The translations under genes were made by a program, and so were the position numbers. From Bugula neritina (lineage: Eukaryota > Animalia > Bryozoa), in contig OZ037771.1 in the NCBI GenBank assembly GCA_964035545.1, forward strand, positions 9,107,408-9,171,407: a stretch of 64,000 nucleotides of DNA, in the 5' to 3' direction. This document shows, piece by piece, positions 33,901-48,038 of the stretch. Below the pieces are notes generated by a model. It searched no databases. It saw only the letters and a program-made list of their open reading frames with translations, and was not told the origin of the DNA. Within the stretch, counting starts at the first letter, position 1. Every line of letters begins with the position of its first letter.

Positions 33901-36900
33901 TAAATATATCATATTTGAAAGGTGAAAGTAATTGAAAAGATGCTTGCTTTGTATATAAGCCACTTTATAAATTTGCAATTTGAATGCCTAGTTTTGACAG
34001 ATGATATTTTTGTCTAGTATAGTAATTTACAATATTGCTATTCAAACTTAAGTTCTATTATGCTATTAGTTTGTTATCCACTATATTTATTTGTAAACAA
34101 GGGAGTACACTCATTGGTATCACTATTTTGTCTCCAGCTTTGCTTCAGTTATTGATTTTAGGGCTACATGATCCCATTAGGCACAAACACAAGAGTAAAC
34201 ACAAAGCTGCTATGAACGATTTTTGAGCAGAAAAAAATTATCGGCCCTTTTCTATCCTCATAGTGAAATCAATAGTGTTATTTTTATAGCCAGTGGCATT
34301 ACTATTAGTTAGGCATAATAACTGGTATTTCATTTTTTTAAGTATGAATTAGATGAAAGCAATAGTTTACCAAGCAAAGGCTAACCATAAACAGCTTAAT
34401 CAAAATTGTCACCCATCACTGACATATCTTCAATAATCTAAGTTATTAATTTGTTCTCAACATCATACATTATTATGTATAATTTGAAAATGTTTTTCTT
34501 ATGCACAGGTTTCCAGCAAATTGACACGACTAGCAATTTACGTGAATTATTTTCCCGGTCATCTAACTCCAGCACAATTCATATACAACTAAATTAAAAT
34601 ATAATAAATCGTCTTAATATTTCCTTAATACTGCTACTATATTAGATTGTACTTGGAACTATTAATATGCTACATGATGTTATATTATATTACACTGCAC
34701 ATGCACATGCACATGAACACATTAGTTTACACGCACGGACATATACACATATACACTTACATGTGTATAAGTACACATATGCACACAAATATATACATTA
34801 CATATACCTATGTATATGCATATATAATAGATACATATATAAATACATTACATATTTTACATACATATGTTATATATACATTCGTATATACATGCATCAC
34901 ATATACATATGTGGGCATGTAAGATCACCTACCCCCAAACTTTGGCCGAAGTCTAATGTCATACCCGCTAATGAGATTTTCTAGTATCAAACTGACATTG
35001 TTGATGGAGTTAGCTTGCACCGAGAATGCTCTAAAACATACAAAATTTCAATTTTTTGCAAATTGAACAAGGATTAGAGGATAAACTGGTAAACCCTCAC
35101 ACAGGTCAGTGTTATCTCAGCGTTCTTGGTATATATAACTTAGTATAGGCAACTTGTTTAGTCTCTGTATAGCCTTCAAATAACTGTGTTTGCTTTGGAT
35201 ATATGAAAGACTTAGAGACTCAAAGAGTGTAACTTCTTTATATTTAGGAAACAGAGCAAGTAAACAGAATGAAATTGTGATACTATGTAGAGTGTTACAT
35301 ACATAGTCAATGAAGTAGAGTATGTACTATATAGTCTACTGAAACCTGGGTTACTGATATCTGCATAGCACTACTGAGCAGTTCACATGAGCAATTCACA
35401 TGAGCTCACAGAAGATGGCTAATTTAGTAACAGCAGGTAGAAAGTTGAACATAATACCTGCAACTCTAATTGCTAATCAGCAACATTACGTTGAAATTAT
35501 TATATTGCATGTTCCTGTTTCTTATAAATTTTACTTTATTAAGATATGTTTTTCTGCTTGTCAATTTATCTAAAACTCCTATACTACAATGTGTGTGGCA
35601 AATTTGTATACTACAAGGTATATACTACAAGGTATACAGTATACAAGGTATATACTACAAGGTATACAGTATACAAGGTATATACTACTAGATATACAGT
35701 ATACAAGGTATATACTACAAGGTATACGGTATACAAGGTATATACTACAAGCTATACACTACTAGATATACAGTATACAAGGTATATACTACAAGGTATA
35801 CAGTATACAAGGTATATACTACAAGGTATACAGTATACAAGGTATATACTACAAGGTATATACTACAAGGTATATACTACTAGATATACAGTATACAAGG
35901 TACATACTACTAGATATACAGTATACAAGGTATATACTACAAGGTATACAGTATACAAGGTATATACTACAAGGTATACAGTATACAAGGTATATACTAC
36001 TAGATATACAGTATACAAGGTATATACTACAAGGTATACGGTATACAAGGTATATACTACAAGCTATACACTACTAGATATACAGTATACAAGGTATATA
36101 CTACAAGGTATACAGTATACAAGGTATATACTACAAGGTATACAGTATACAAGGTATATACTACAAGGTATACAGTATACAAGGTATATACTACAAGGTA
36201 TATACTACAGGGTATATACTACTAGATATACAGTATACAAGGTACATACTACTAGATATACAGTATACAAGGTATATACTACAAGGTATACAGTATACAA
36301 GGTATATACTACAAGGTATACAGTATACAAGGTATATACTACAAGGTATATACTACAAGGTATATACTACTAGATATACAGTATACAAGGTACATACTAC
36401 TAGATATACAGTATACAAGGTATATACTACAAGGTATACAGTATACAAGGTATATACTACAAGGTATACAGTATACAAGGTATATACTACTAGATATACA
36501 GTATACAAGGTATATACTACAAGGTATACGGTATACAAGGTATATACTACAAGCTATACACTACTAGATATACAGTATACAAGGTATATACTACAAGGTA
36601 TACGGTATACAAGGTATATACTACAAGGTATACAGTATACAAGGTATATACTACAAGGTATACGGTATACAAGGTATATACTACAAGGTATACGGTATAC
36701 AAGGTATATACTACAAGGTATACAGTATACATGGTATATAGATATTTTTAACAATCTTTACTTAAACTCAAATATATTGTTTAATGCAGTAGACTAATCT
36801 AGCTTTCAAATTCATTTGGATTAGGCACTTGGCTTCACATTGAAGTGCTAAAAGCCATCAAGTTGAAGTACTTTCAGTGAACCAGACTTTGATGTTGCCA

Positions 36901-39900
36901 CTAGCCTGGAGGGCTGTGAGAGAATATTGCACGAGAATATATTGGCTGCAAGCTTCAGGTGTAGCTTTGCAGCACTGGCTTATATTAACAGTAATACAGT
37001 AAATTATAAAACAGTGATTTTTAAGTCAAGAGCATGTGCAAGTTATACAGCAGTTATAAAATGTATCAAAAAATATCCTTGAAATTCTGTTTATAAATTT
37101 TAATTAATATTTGAAATCGGTATCTTAATAGTTTTGGTTAAAGCTGATATGCTGAAGGTGCATAGGTGTGAAAGTCTTTCAGAAATCAATTTTGTTAGTT
37201 AGACGTAAATAGACTGACAATTATGTAATGAATATTGATATTTTGAGTGTATGCATTTTTTCATGTAATGCATTATGCATAATATATGTTGTAGATATAC
37301 TGCTACACTTAGCATACTATGCTTTTAGTATTGATTTTCTGTTTTCAACAATTTAAGCTAATAATATAAAATATTGATTAGCGTGAGATTGAAACCAGCA
37401 TCCTACAGCTACCGAAGTAGTGAGTCCATTCAAGTTAATTGTTTGATAGAATCTGTACAGCCAAATCCCTGCAAGTACCTCTACAATAACAACTTCGTGT
37501 TTTCCATGCTAAGTATGCGCTATGAATTCAAAACTCAATACATACAGAAATATTTCACTGAGATTACTTACACCTCTCTAAGGGAATGCTATTGTATTGG
37601 TGACAAACAACACAAACCTCACAAACAAAAGACAGCAGTTCAATGTTATTTCAGCAAACAATTGAAAGGTAGAAATGAAATTTCAAGTCAAAACCTTTTT
37701 TAAACACACAGATTGTTGAATTTAATCAAGAAATACCTGTGGCAACTTTGCTTATTATATAAGCAATTGAGGGAAAATTTTTAGCAAACTTAGAGACCTA
37801 CAAAGGAAAATGCAAAGGTAATGTTTGCATTTAGCTAATACATTCAGTGGCTCAATATAATAACAGCTGTTAGGAATAGAAATGATTTCATTCAAAAGTA
37901 GGAAAATGAATTTTACTTTTCAATTAATTTTGAGTGCTAGTGTTAGATTCTTAGTAGACTAAAATATTCAACAACCCTGCCAAAAAAAATTACTTTTTGT
38001 TACTGACGGAGCTATTCTTTATTCAGGGAGCTTTAGGTATTGTATGCCCATGTATTAATGTTCAGCATAATCAAACTGGAGTCAAACTAAGGGACATAAA
38101 TTCAATATAAAGCAACGACAACACTTCCAAAGTTGCACAGTAACTTCAAGCATACAGTGCTTACTCCATACCCACTAAGCTACGGGTTGGAGACCTTAAT
38201 TAGCTACACAGTAGAGCTACATAGTAGAGCTACACAGTAGAGCTACATAGTAGAATACCAGATTTAATTTACGAATTTGTTAAATTTGACCATCTTGTCT
38301 CTATATACATACATAAGCCACAAAACAAGGGTTCGAGCCCTTCTCCTGACCTATAGAATATCATGAGAACTGGAACTGTGAGATACAAAAAGAGCGCTGT
38401 AATATTGTTGAGTCTGCATTGCTATGTTGCAATGATGGGAATTGGAATAGCCAACAATACACAGAAACTAACCTAGCATACAGAATATTTTAGTTCAGCT
38501 ACAAGATATTAAAAGTAAAACAGGACAAATATTTTCACCTAAGCATGCTACAGGCTAACAGCAGCAGTGAAGAGGTTTCCATAGCCTGAGCTTTAAAGGA
38601 AGTGTTTAATAATTATATGGGGACATATTTTCTAAGTGTTTAATTAAGGACTTGGGCTATCATAAAACTTGAAGCAATCACAGCAAGTTAAAAGCAGCAG
38701 ATGCATTCAAGTATAGTGCAGCTCCAAGCTACTCTCAACATAAACTAATGCAGGTTGAAAGTGCAGTGCAATCATCATATAGTGTATTGCATAATGTTAT
38801 AGTCATTATACAGATTAAAGAAATACAACAACTGAAATAGTTTTGTTTAATAAAATATTTCTACTAAAGGCCGAAAACTATTTACTGTTTAAATTTTATG
38901 AAACTTAAAAATATACATAAGTTGTAGATAAGCGTGCTTTATTGCTTCAAACCAATAAGGTGACCCAGCTGTAACTAAAATTCCGAATTGGCCAAATTGA
39001 CATGCAGCTTTGAATTCTATCAGTTTTCATGAGATGATACATTGATAGGTTACTGAGCATGAGTGAAGCAAGGCAAGCTACTGCATATGCCAGGTGCCCA
39101 CCTGTCAGAAAGTTATGGTAAGAATACATATAAATAAGCTGGAAAACTAGACTATTTCTCACTATTGTTATGTGACTGCAATATTTCTCTGTTACTAACT
39201 ATACAAGATTAGCTCACTCTATTCTAAGCTACCTAGAAACACGTTTTCTTTGCAAAAAGACATGCATTGGTGAAGACGGCTTTTAAAAGCCTGTTTTGTT
39301 GAGTTTTGTGTTGTTTTAGACTGACATAAAACTGTGTGATACTTACAAGAATACAGCAACAATGCTGCTAATGCAATTTGATTGGCTGACCAAAGCATCA
39401 TTGAGCCTGGAACAAGTGTACAAGAACAGAATGCAGTTATTATATTGTGTCAAGTAAACTCCAATAGAAACTAACATGTGACTGTGTAGACATGTGGCAA
39501 CTTTCTAAAAAGTTTGAATGCTGTCAAGATTTGTAATCTACATTGTAGTTTCCTAACATTTTATTCTAGACGGCAGGGCTTTCTCTCAAACTAATTAAAT
39601 TTAATAGTTTTTGTTTAGCCTGCTTTTGAAAACTGTTGGACTGTGAATTATTCTAAAGTAAAGTTCAGACGTGTTCAACAGACTCAGTTAGACTGTAGCA
39701 TTCTTTACACGAGTTATACTTAACAGTCCACAACTATTAGACAGCTATGAAACCTGGGACTGAAAAACTGTGGTTAGAAAGTACAGCATATGTACAACGC
39801 AGTACAGTATGCCATTATACAACATGTACACGTGCAAGATGTACATATAATAATGCACACACACATACAACATCATATCTATTAAGCTGAAAATTTGGTA

Positions 39901-40165
39901 TACATGATACGATTATACTAATCTCAGGTTGTTAGGGAAAAAGTTTACACAAATCTTTATATAACTACGTCAAATGTAAAAAAACAAACTGATGGCTTCA
40001 AGTTCTTGAATTGACCAAATTGGAAATGAAATAATTATGAAACATAGCTTAGGCTGGAAATACTAAAAGTATATTAGGAGATAAATATTGTAATAATATA
40101 ATAGGTTACCTGCATTTACTAAGAATGCATAGAAATGCAAACAACAAGATGGCTGACTGTTTCAT
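24915..40165 (-). CDS. Lcch3: GABA-A receptor beta-like (LCCH3-type) Cys-loop subunit, paralogue A, 10 coding exons, ~519 aa; canonical M2 (ARVALG)
   Basis: Minus-strand exons: 40165-40110 ([18 protein letters not shown]; in-frame alternative ATG at 40189), 35030-34933 ([11 protein letters not shown]), 32589-32522, 32329-32103, 30504-30422, 29783-29646, 28427-28275 ([14 protein letters not shown]), 28121-28027, 27763-27554, 25346-24915. 1560 nt, all GT-AG, same phases as copy B. Confidence 0.93.
28815..29059. mobile_element. Foldback MITE-like element, copy 1 (AATGGCACAGGTAAT arms, degenerate AACCCT-rich core)
   Basis: Left arm has tandem AATGGCACA(A/G)GTAAT; right arm has the inverted TGTGCCATT/ATTACCTGTGC. 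Homologous copy at 61431-61726. Confidence 0.8.
29359..29526. mobile_element. Small GC-rich MITE-like element with 15-bp TIRs
   Basis: CAACTACTGTCTCAA (29359-29373) and TTGAGACAATAGTTG (29512-29526), one mismatch; CpG-rich interior; no clear TSD. Confidence 0.55.
34690..34912. repeat. Degenerate (AT/AC) low-complexity tract
   Basis: Alternating purine-pyrimidine tract next to the donor of beta copy A exon 2. Confidence 0.8.
35606..36740. repeat. 30-bp minisatellite (TATACTACAAGGTATACAGTATACAAGGTA) with higher-order structure
   Basis: ~1.1 kb array of 16+14-bp subunits; the variant GCTATACACTACTAG recurs at ~35751, ~36063 and ~36553. Confidence 0.95.
38201..38253. repeat. 13-bp tandem repeat (AGCTACAYAGTAG) x4
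   Basis: Directly visible. Confidence 0.85.
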
Positions 40166-43052
40166 GGTGCATACCCGAGTGCTGACCATCAGAAAACGCT
40201 TCCCACGCAATCAGCGCAGCATTTCCACTTCCACAATTATATCTCAGAAAGATGCTGATTAGTTGAAATGTATTTTTAGCAGTAATTTGATTGGCTAGCT
40301 AATCTCAACTTTTTATGATGTTGAATACTGTCTCTCACTCTAGAATATTCTAACTTGTGTTAATAAGACTTGTTAGTAACTGAAAAACAGCAACAGTAGC
40401 AGCTGGGAGTGTCGGCAGCATCAGCACTTGTGGCTCACAGCAGAGTATAGAAACTCAGCTAGTTATATCAATATCCAGTAATCAACTTTATTTAATCAAT
40501 TATTCATGTTCACAATACATAATGAATAGCTGAGAACCTACTGAATGTGCTGCAAGAATAACTTGGGGGGTGTTATTTAACCCTCCTTCACAGTTCTAAA
40601 TTAAAATGCTATTCTGCTTACAAGCTAGCAAATTACTGAAATTAATAAAAAAAAATGCTATTTAACTAATAAAACTCAGAATATTTTGAAACCTATTGCA
40701 TTTAGCCTTATTTGAGGTTAAAACCTGCACAAACATTTATTAATCATTCATACCCTATCTTAGGAACATATTGGTGCACCTTTTCATAATTCTAATAATA
40801 TGGCATATAAATTTTACAATTCTATTTGTTGTAAGCATAAATATTAACAAATTCTGTAGGTGCAGTGATGGAGAAATTGAGAAAAGTCTGTGTTCTAAAT
40901 TTGAAATATAGCAAAAGATGTGATGCTCTCACAAAAATTTCAACCTATGCCCCAAAGCAAAACCTAGAAAAATTAAAGAGCTTGGGCTATCTTAATTTCT
41001 CCACTGCTGCACCTATATGTGTGTTTCTACCAGAACATATCATATCACTGCTGGCTGCATGAACATCCTTATGCTCCTCATATAATATATTAATACAATT
41101 ATCATACTTCAGTTATGTAATCGGCAGTTCTCAATTTTTCACATCACATACTTAATGTCATCACTGGTGGGCATTGATTAAGCAATTAGTAAAGCGAACT
41201 ACGTTATATAAGGTACATAGTGGAACTACAATAGTACTGGAAAAAGTATACAGCAAACAATTCCTATATGCTATTGGTGAAAATATACCTAGTTAGACTC
41301 TCCACATAGTCTAGAATATTGTAACTGCGATATGGCTATGCAAGTTTAACAGAAGGAGAAGACAACTATTAAAAATATATCTTCATTTATAAATTGTGTA
41401 TAACAAGCATCTGTCACCACAGATTTATATAAAACACTTTTTTAAGAACATAAGATACTAATGAAGTGATTTTCTTCTTTGCACGCAAGTATTCATGTGT
41501 ATTTGTAAGTATTTTCCAGTATTTCTGGGTTTTCTGGGTGTTTATGAATACTGGGTATACTTCAGACCAGAAAGAAATCTGAGCCGCTTATTTGTATTAT
41601 GATTGTAACAAACTTTCATGGTATGCATAACTATCTACTTAGCAAAACTGAATCATAGTTTCTGTGTGTAAAGAGAGACAACTCCCTATTGAAATTCACC
41701 CTAAACTAGGATTATTTTATACTTCAAAGTGTTGCTTATTCATTCAAAAACAGTCTATTTCAGTAAATATCTAAAATGTTAAAAATGAGCTTTCCTTGTT
41801 TTTTCCCTATATAAGTATTGAAACTTTGCTGTATATAGGTAGACAAATCCATTGTTTCAAACTATTGATAACAAAATAAGATATTATATATTGTGTTCCT
41901 ATCAATGCATGCACAAAGTTGATGAAGTTATAATTGTGTATAATCAATGCACAAACCTGAAACTCATGAGTAACGTTTGTGCTTAAATTAACTGTGAATT
42001 TTTGCTGGTGCTATATTTAACATGCCATATGGTGACATTGGCCCTGAGGAGCCATACTAATTTATACAGCTTCATGTAAAACATGCATGTATTGACGCAG
42101 GCTGACTTGAAAAAGATGCCTGTTTTCTTTGTTGCTAATTCCCACTTTACTCTTTACACTACTGGTGATAATAAACTAGGGAAACCTGGTACAATTAATT
42201 CTGTAAGTGCCTTGCTTGCTATTTGCAGACAAAATGCTAAAATATAAGTTTAGAAATGATTTTGTAATTGTTTGCTTGTCTCAGGACAGTAGAAATGATG
42301 TATAGTATTTGTAAATAGTAGTTTATGCACCTATTCAATTATCTCAGCCACTGTGCTATAAATGCACATTGCATCAAATTGTTGATATAAGTTCATTCTG
42401 CAAAAATCCTTTTTTTTTAAATAATTTATTTGGGATATTTGACTGATGATTAGAAATTTTCTACAAACAGCTAGACACAATGTTGCTATGATTTATTTTC
42501 AGCAGAAGATGTGTATGATGTATAGGGAATTAACACAATAAACTCTAGGCATCAAAAGGCAGGTTAAATTTACTAATAGACGTATAATGTGAGTTTTACC
42601 TTTCTACCTTGTAAAATTCAAGTCTTACAAGAATCAAGTATTCTTGAATGTTTTTTGCAAACAGAGGCTTTCATAAAGTGAAAAGTTGCGGCAACCCCCA
42701 CCTCTTCCTCAATCAACTTTCAGAGAGTAGATAACTTCAATGTTTTGTAGGTATTGAACAGCTGCAGGTGACGGTGATGTCCTGCAGTGCATTGTTTAGC
42801 AAAACAAACTCATGAAACCAATTTCAAGAAACTGTAAACATTCATTCAACTACACCATCCCACTGTGATACCTCATAGTAATAACTTGACCAATCAATCA
42901 CAGCTGAGACAATATCAGACTGCAGTGCAATACACATGAGGGATGCATTTATGCACATATAAGTTTAATCATTATTATACAAGACAAATCAGTCTCTCTG
43001 CAATACTAAACGAATTTATTTATATTATGATGTTCATTAGCTAGGACAGGCT

Positions 43053-43397
43053 CAGGCACACATGTGCACACAAAGGCACAGGCACACAGAGGCACAGGCA
43101 CACACGCACACACGCACACACGCACACACGCACACACGCACACGCACAGACACATGCACACACATGCACAAGCACACACACAGGCACACACACAGGCACA
43201 AGCACACACACAGGCATACACACACAGGCACACACACAGGCACACACACAGGCACACACACAGGCACAAGCACACACACAGGCATACACACACAGGCACA
43301 CACACAGGCACACGCACAGGCACACACACAGGCACATGCTCGCACACACACACACACAAGCATACACACGCACAGGCACATGCGCAAGCACACACAC
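43053..43397. repeat. Compound (CA)n/(GGCACACA) microsatellite
   Basis: Source of the CV/HT ORFs. Confidence 0.95.
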
Positions 43398-44142
43398 CCT
43401 CTGTCATTGCTTGCTGGTCAAATCTTGACCAGATGCAATGATTCAAAGATGATTCAAATCTACTGTCACATGCAGACTTTATAGTCACATTTTGCTGATA
43501 TTTTTACATTAAATTAAATGATTAGTAACAAGATCAATCTGGTTTTCGTAAAAAGATAAATTCAGTTTCACAGGTTTTCTTTTCCAGTCTTCCACCATTT
43601 AGAACTTCTGAGTACTACTTTTGCCAAGAATTCAAATATTCAGTTGAAGATTGAAACCTATGCTTGAGATATACTTAGATTATATTTGCTAGAAGACGCA
43701 CAATGGCAAAGAAGATAATCTTTGCTTCTATATAGTTCTAAAACAACCATAGGCTAGTTGGATATTACTAAAAGAAATTTCTTAGCCATTAATTACGTTG
43801 TAATGCCTATTAAACTCATTCAGCTGACCATTACTATTATAATTGAAAATGTTATGTTGACATAAACTTGTATAGATAAAACATCAAATGATTTTTCTCA
43901 TACAAACATATTGATGTTAATTACAATAAACCTTTTTATTCATTTCCACAGGCAGAGCTATGATGCAGTAAGAGTGAGCAAGTATAATCAAGAAACTAAT
44001 ATATTAAAACATGCATTTCCCATACTATTCAACTTCCTAATACTGTTGATGAACCAAATTTTAAAACTTAAATGTTTATGCAGAAGGACACATGTATACA
44101 AAGACAACATTATGCTAGCAATGCAACAGTGTGTATCCCTTT

Positions 44143-44344
44143 GTTTAAGGTCTCAGTTCATGTAAAAGCTTCTGTTGGTAAGGGTTTACACGCTGCCAAT
44201 ATAGCTTGAGGGCTTTTACTACAATGCAGGAAATATTATGATTGTATACTCTTACTGACGTCACCAATAGCCTTGCTGGGATTTGAACCTGTGACATTTG
44301 TGTCATGGTAGGGCAGCACTTTAGCAACTAGACCATTGCTGTTT
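44143..44344 (-). mobile_element. tRNA-derived SINE (degenerate)
   Basis: Minus strand reads CAGCAATGGTCTAG (A-box-like) .. GGTTCAAATCCC (B-box) .. ATTGGTGACGTCAGTAAGAGTATACA .. AAACCCTT .. GAGACCTTAAAC; collinear with the copy at 60986-61177. Confidence 0.7.
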
Positions 44345-46689
44345 TCAGAATAACTCACTTACGTTATATATTTATGACATGTAAAAGGCTGCTATGATCA
44401 ATGTTGGTTTCAAATACTGCAGATTTCAAATAATAACAAAGTTTTTATAATTGCAGGTTGTACAACATACGCTGGTAGTTTACTGTAATGTCTTTTTTGT
44501 CATTCGTTTTTGAATAGTATTAGTGTATTTTCAACACAGACTGACATGCAGTAGTTGGAAAGTACCTGGATATGTGCTTTCAGGCTATAAGATCTGACAC
44601 AGGCTGGTTTATTTCACAAACTATTTTATTAAATTAGTCACTTTAGAGGTCAAAGGGGTAAATATTACTGCTAGAAATAATGAAGCAGTTATAATGTGAC
44701 TGCTTGTATTTCAGTGCACCTATTTTCTCTGAGTCAAAATAGCCCTGATCTAAATCTCCTGATATACTAGTTACAATATAATAGGTAATGGTAGTTACAG
44801 ATATTATATACTGGTTATAGTGAAACAATCATAATAATATAGTCAGGATACAATATTCACATTATTATAATGATGAAATAGGCTTCTTACTTGTTAAACG
44901 TTTGAGTAAAACCTAAGATTTCAGAGTTATACAGTTTGAGTTGTACAGAAAACCATTTAATTAGTTGAACCGAGTAGCATTATCAGTAGCTGCATTTTAT
45001 CAATATAGAATGAGTGCAACATTGCTGCTCATTTCTAAAGGTAGATATTCAACAGAACAACGTATACCATTATTACTACAAACAATGATTTAATGTCATG
45101 CAAAGTAAATTTCTAATTAATACGAGTGGTATTCAGTAATTTAGCTGTCATGTCGCCTTGTGAATTTTGAGTTTTTTATGTAATACCTTTCTAATTATAG
45201 CAAATGAGTATGACCTACAAATGAAAAGTTTACAATGTTGATACTATAAATATGAGAAACCATTATATAAATATTGTTTGTCTATACCTAAAGAAATGGG
45301 AGAATTGATTATAGATTATTCTTTGTATTGTGGGGAGAGAAAGGGCTGTAGGGGCTGACAATCATCTGGGCTGATCAATACGTTTGCAGAACACAGTGCA
45401 TTTAACAACTCTCTCACCCTCAATAGCTATACACTTAATGCGATTAACAAGCCTTTAAATGAAAAAGAATTGATCTTGTATTCTTGGTTTTGATTGGCTG
45501 AGCACCCTTAGATGACAGCAAGAAAACTTAGTTGATGGTCAGCACACTGTGATTGTCATAGTAGCAGTAAGAGAGTGTTTTGTTCTCAGAGGTGTTTGTG
45601 TACATAGCCTGTAGGAAAGAAACCCACTGTGTCTACAGTTATATCTTCATATAAAGTTATACAGATGAATATAGGCTAGAAACAAGCATGTCTGAGCAAA
45701 GTTTAGTGTACTAAGTGAGGAGGGAATCACTACTTGGGTATGTATATTATTATAAGTTTACTTCATGTTTAGTCAATTAGTACAAGTAATAAGGATGGGA
45801 TAATGTTGATTAGTTAATGAGTAGCACACATATATTATTCCCTCATCATAGAATATAGGTGTTATGATGTTGAACTTGAGTATCAATTCTACCAATACAT
45901 GCTTTGCTTCAATAGACAGGTGATACACTAGTTACACTGCTTTGTGGTCATCTAAAACAGATATTCATCATATTCGAAAAGGTTGGTGCTTAAATATCTG
46001 AAATAGGTGTAGCATTTTTGCTATAGTGTAAAAGAATTTTGAGAAATTATAAGTTAAGTGAATTAATTTGATTAGCTAATTATTAGCTTCAACAAGAAAT
46101 GAAATCACTTTGTGACTAGTACTAATTTGATGACTCAGATTTAGGTTTGAAAAATTAGTGCTTAATCTTTGTTATAAGGTTAAAGTTCAAACTTAAGTGT
46201 CACTTGTTTGAAAACAGGTTTCTACAAATGGTACTTACTTATGCTCTATAGTTTTGTAATACAATATAGCTGTGGGGGGGGGGGGGCAACTATCTAAGGT
46301 AAAAGAAAACTTTCTTTATATACATAGCAGTCAATTTTTGTTGCAGCTCAAAACACAAGCTTGGACCAATAAAGAAAATATAATGTGAAACTAAATTTAA
46401 ACAAATTATTCAAGTTGTTCGAGATTTATAATACTGTTAAATGATCAACTGATTTTAATCAAGATTTGTATCTTTTGATATAATATTTTATGAAAAAAAT
46501 AGTTGTAGGTATTTCAGATTTACAAACTTGCTAGTGTGTTTCCCAGTAGAATCAGCCAAAATCTTAGTTAAGTATTTGAATTCTAAAACTTTAAAGCAGA
46601 ATATGTATCCCCATAAAGAGAGAAGTAAAATCAAGCTGTAGATGGCTTTAGATGACTTTAAATCGCTACCTATAACACTATGATTTACT

Positions 46690-46840
46690 ATGTGTCATTG
46701 TGAGTTACTGTGAGTTGCTGTGAATAAATGTGGGTTACTGGGTGTCACTGTATGTCACTGTGATATAATGTGAGTTACTGAGTAGCACTGTAAGTTACTG
46801 TGTGGCACTGTCGGTTACTGCGCTACCGTGAGTTACTGTT
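46690..46840. repeat. Degenerate 10-bp repeat (ACTGTGAGTT)
   Basis: About 15 diverged copies. Confidence 0.8.
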
Positions 46841-47967
46841 AGTTATTTGTGAAAGAGAGAATCACTGCAAATGACTGTTTGCTCTATGATGCAGTTTAAA
46901 TTCTTTTGCCTTAACTAATTCTCTATTTGAGCTCAAGTTATCAGCTAAAGATATTCTAGTCAGTGCAATCAGCTGTATGCAGTTATAAATTGGAGTGTAG
47001 CTTCAACAGTTTACAGATCACCAGCTTTTCAAGCAGCATTGCTCTGTTTATTTCCTGTATCCATTGCTTTTACTATCAGCTGGTAGTGCAAGTTTATGAC
47101 GCAAGCTGTATTAAGATGGAGGAATTAATGCGGAATAAATAGCAAATGTTCATTAAACTCAAACTAAACACTGTTTTCACAATTCTTGTAAGGCAATGCT
47201 GCAATATTTTAGAGAGTTTGAGTCTACATTTGTAAGGAAAGTTAATACATCGGCAGCTCAATAATATTCTGTTATTTAGTGATTTTTACATCACTATCAA
47301 GCTTGCAATACGCTGAATTAACTTCGTATAAAAACATTTCATAAACAAAAGCTCGATGATATCGGAAAGTAAAAGTGACTTACGAATGCACTAGATAAAA
47401 TTAAATAATACTTAAAATACACGTCTGATGGATATCTTTCTTTTTCTTGCATTGTAACATGTTTTTTTTCACAATTTACAAACAAATTGTGACTAGAATA
47501 AGCAATTTTCTAGGTAAGCAAGTAGGTGCTATATCAAAGCTGAAGCCCTTTTCTCTTTTGACATATAATTCTCAATCTTCTGCATTTTCCTGTGAAGATT
47601 TCAAACTTCTTGGTTAACCTTCAACTATGTTATATCACACTCATTAAGAAATGTTTTTAATATACATCTTCAGATAGACATGCATGGTTGGCCTATCTTC
47701 ACTGCAGGATGGCTGAAGGGATCAGTGCCTAATGTACTAGCTTATTATTAATTCATAATAATAAGCAGTCGTAAGTGTCCAGAGAGATAGATTAATACGT
47801 ATAATGAGTGTTGTAAGTGATACTAAGGAGCTGCCAAGTTGACAGCAACGCAATGTATCTGAGGAGGATTATAATGTAATCATTATTTTTACAGTGTGAA
47901 TCCTTAAAACGATGCGTTGAAGAGTGTAACCAGACAGCCATCTTGGAGGGAGCATATCAACAGACAG

Positions 47968-48038
47968 TAAGCAACTGGAAACCAGAAAAATCAACTGGCA
48001 ACCAGAATAAGCAACTGGCAACTATAATAAGCAACTAA
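47968..48038. repeat. 20-bp tandem repeat (AAGCAACTGGCAACCAGAAT) x3-4
   Basis: Directly visible. Confidence 0.8.

Noticed and set aside
38329-38340. Isolated B-box-like GGGTTCGAGCCC
   Set aside because: No A-box, cloverleaf or SINE body nearby.
24915-40165. Identification as RDL, GluCl or glycine receptor
   Set aside because: No PAR motif and no second loop-C disulfide; [19 protein letters not shown] and [11 protein letters not shown] match the LCCH3/beta type.
44270-44344. tRNA gene (A/B boxes)
   Set aside because: No cloverleaf can be formed, and it continues into a body shared with 60986-61177, so it is a SINE head.
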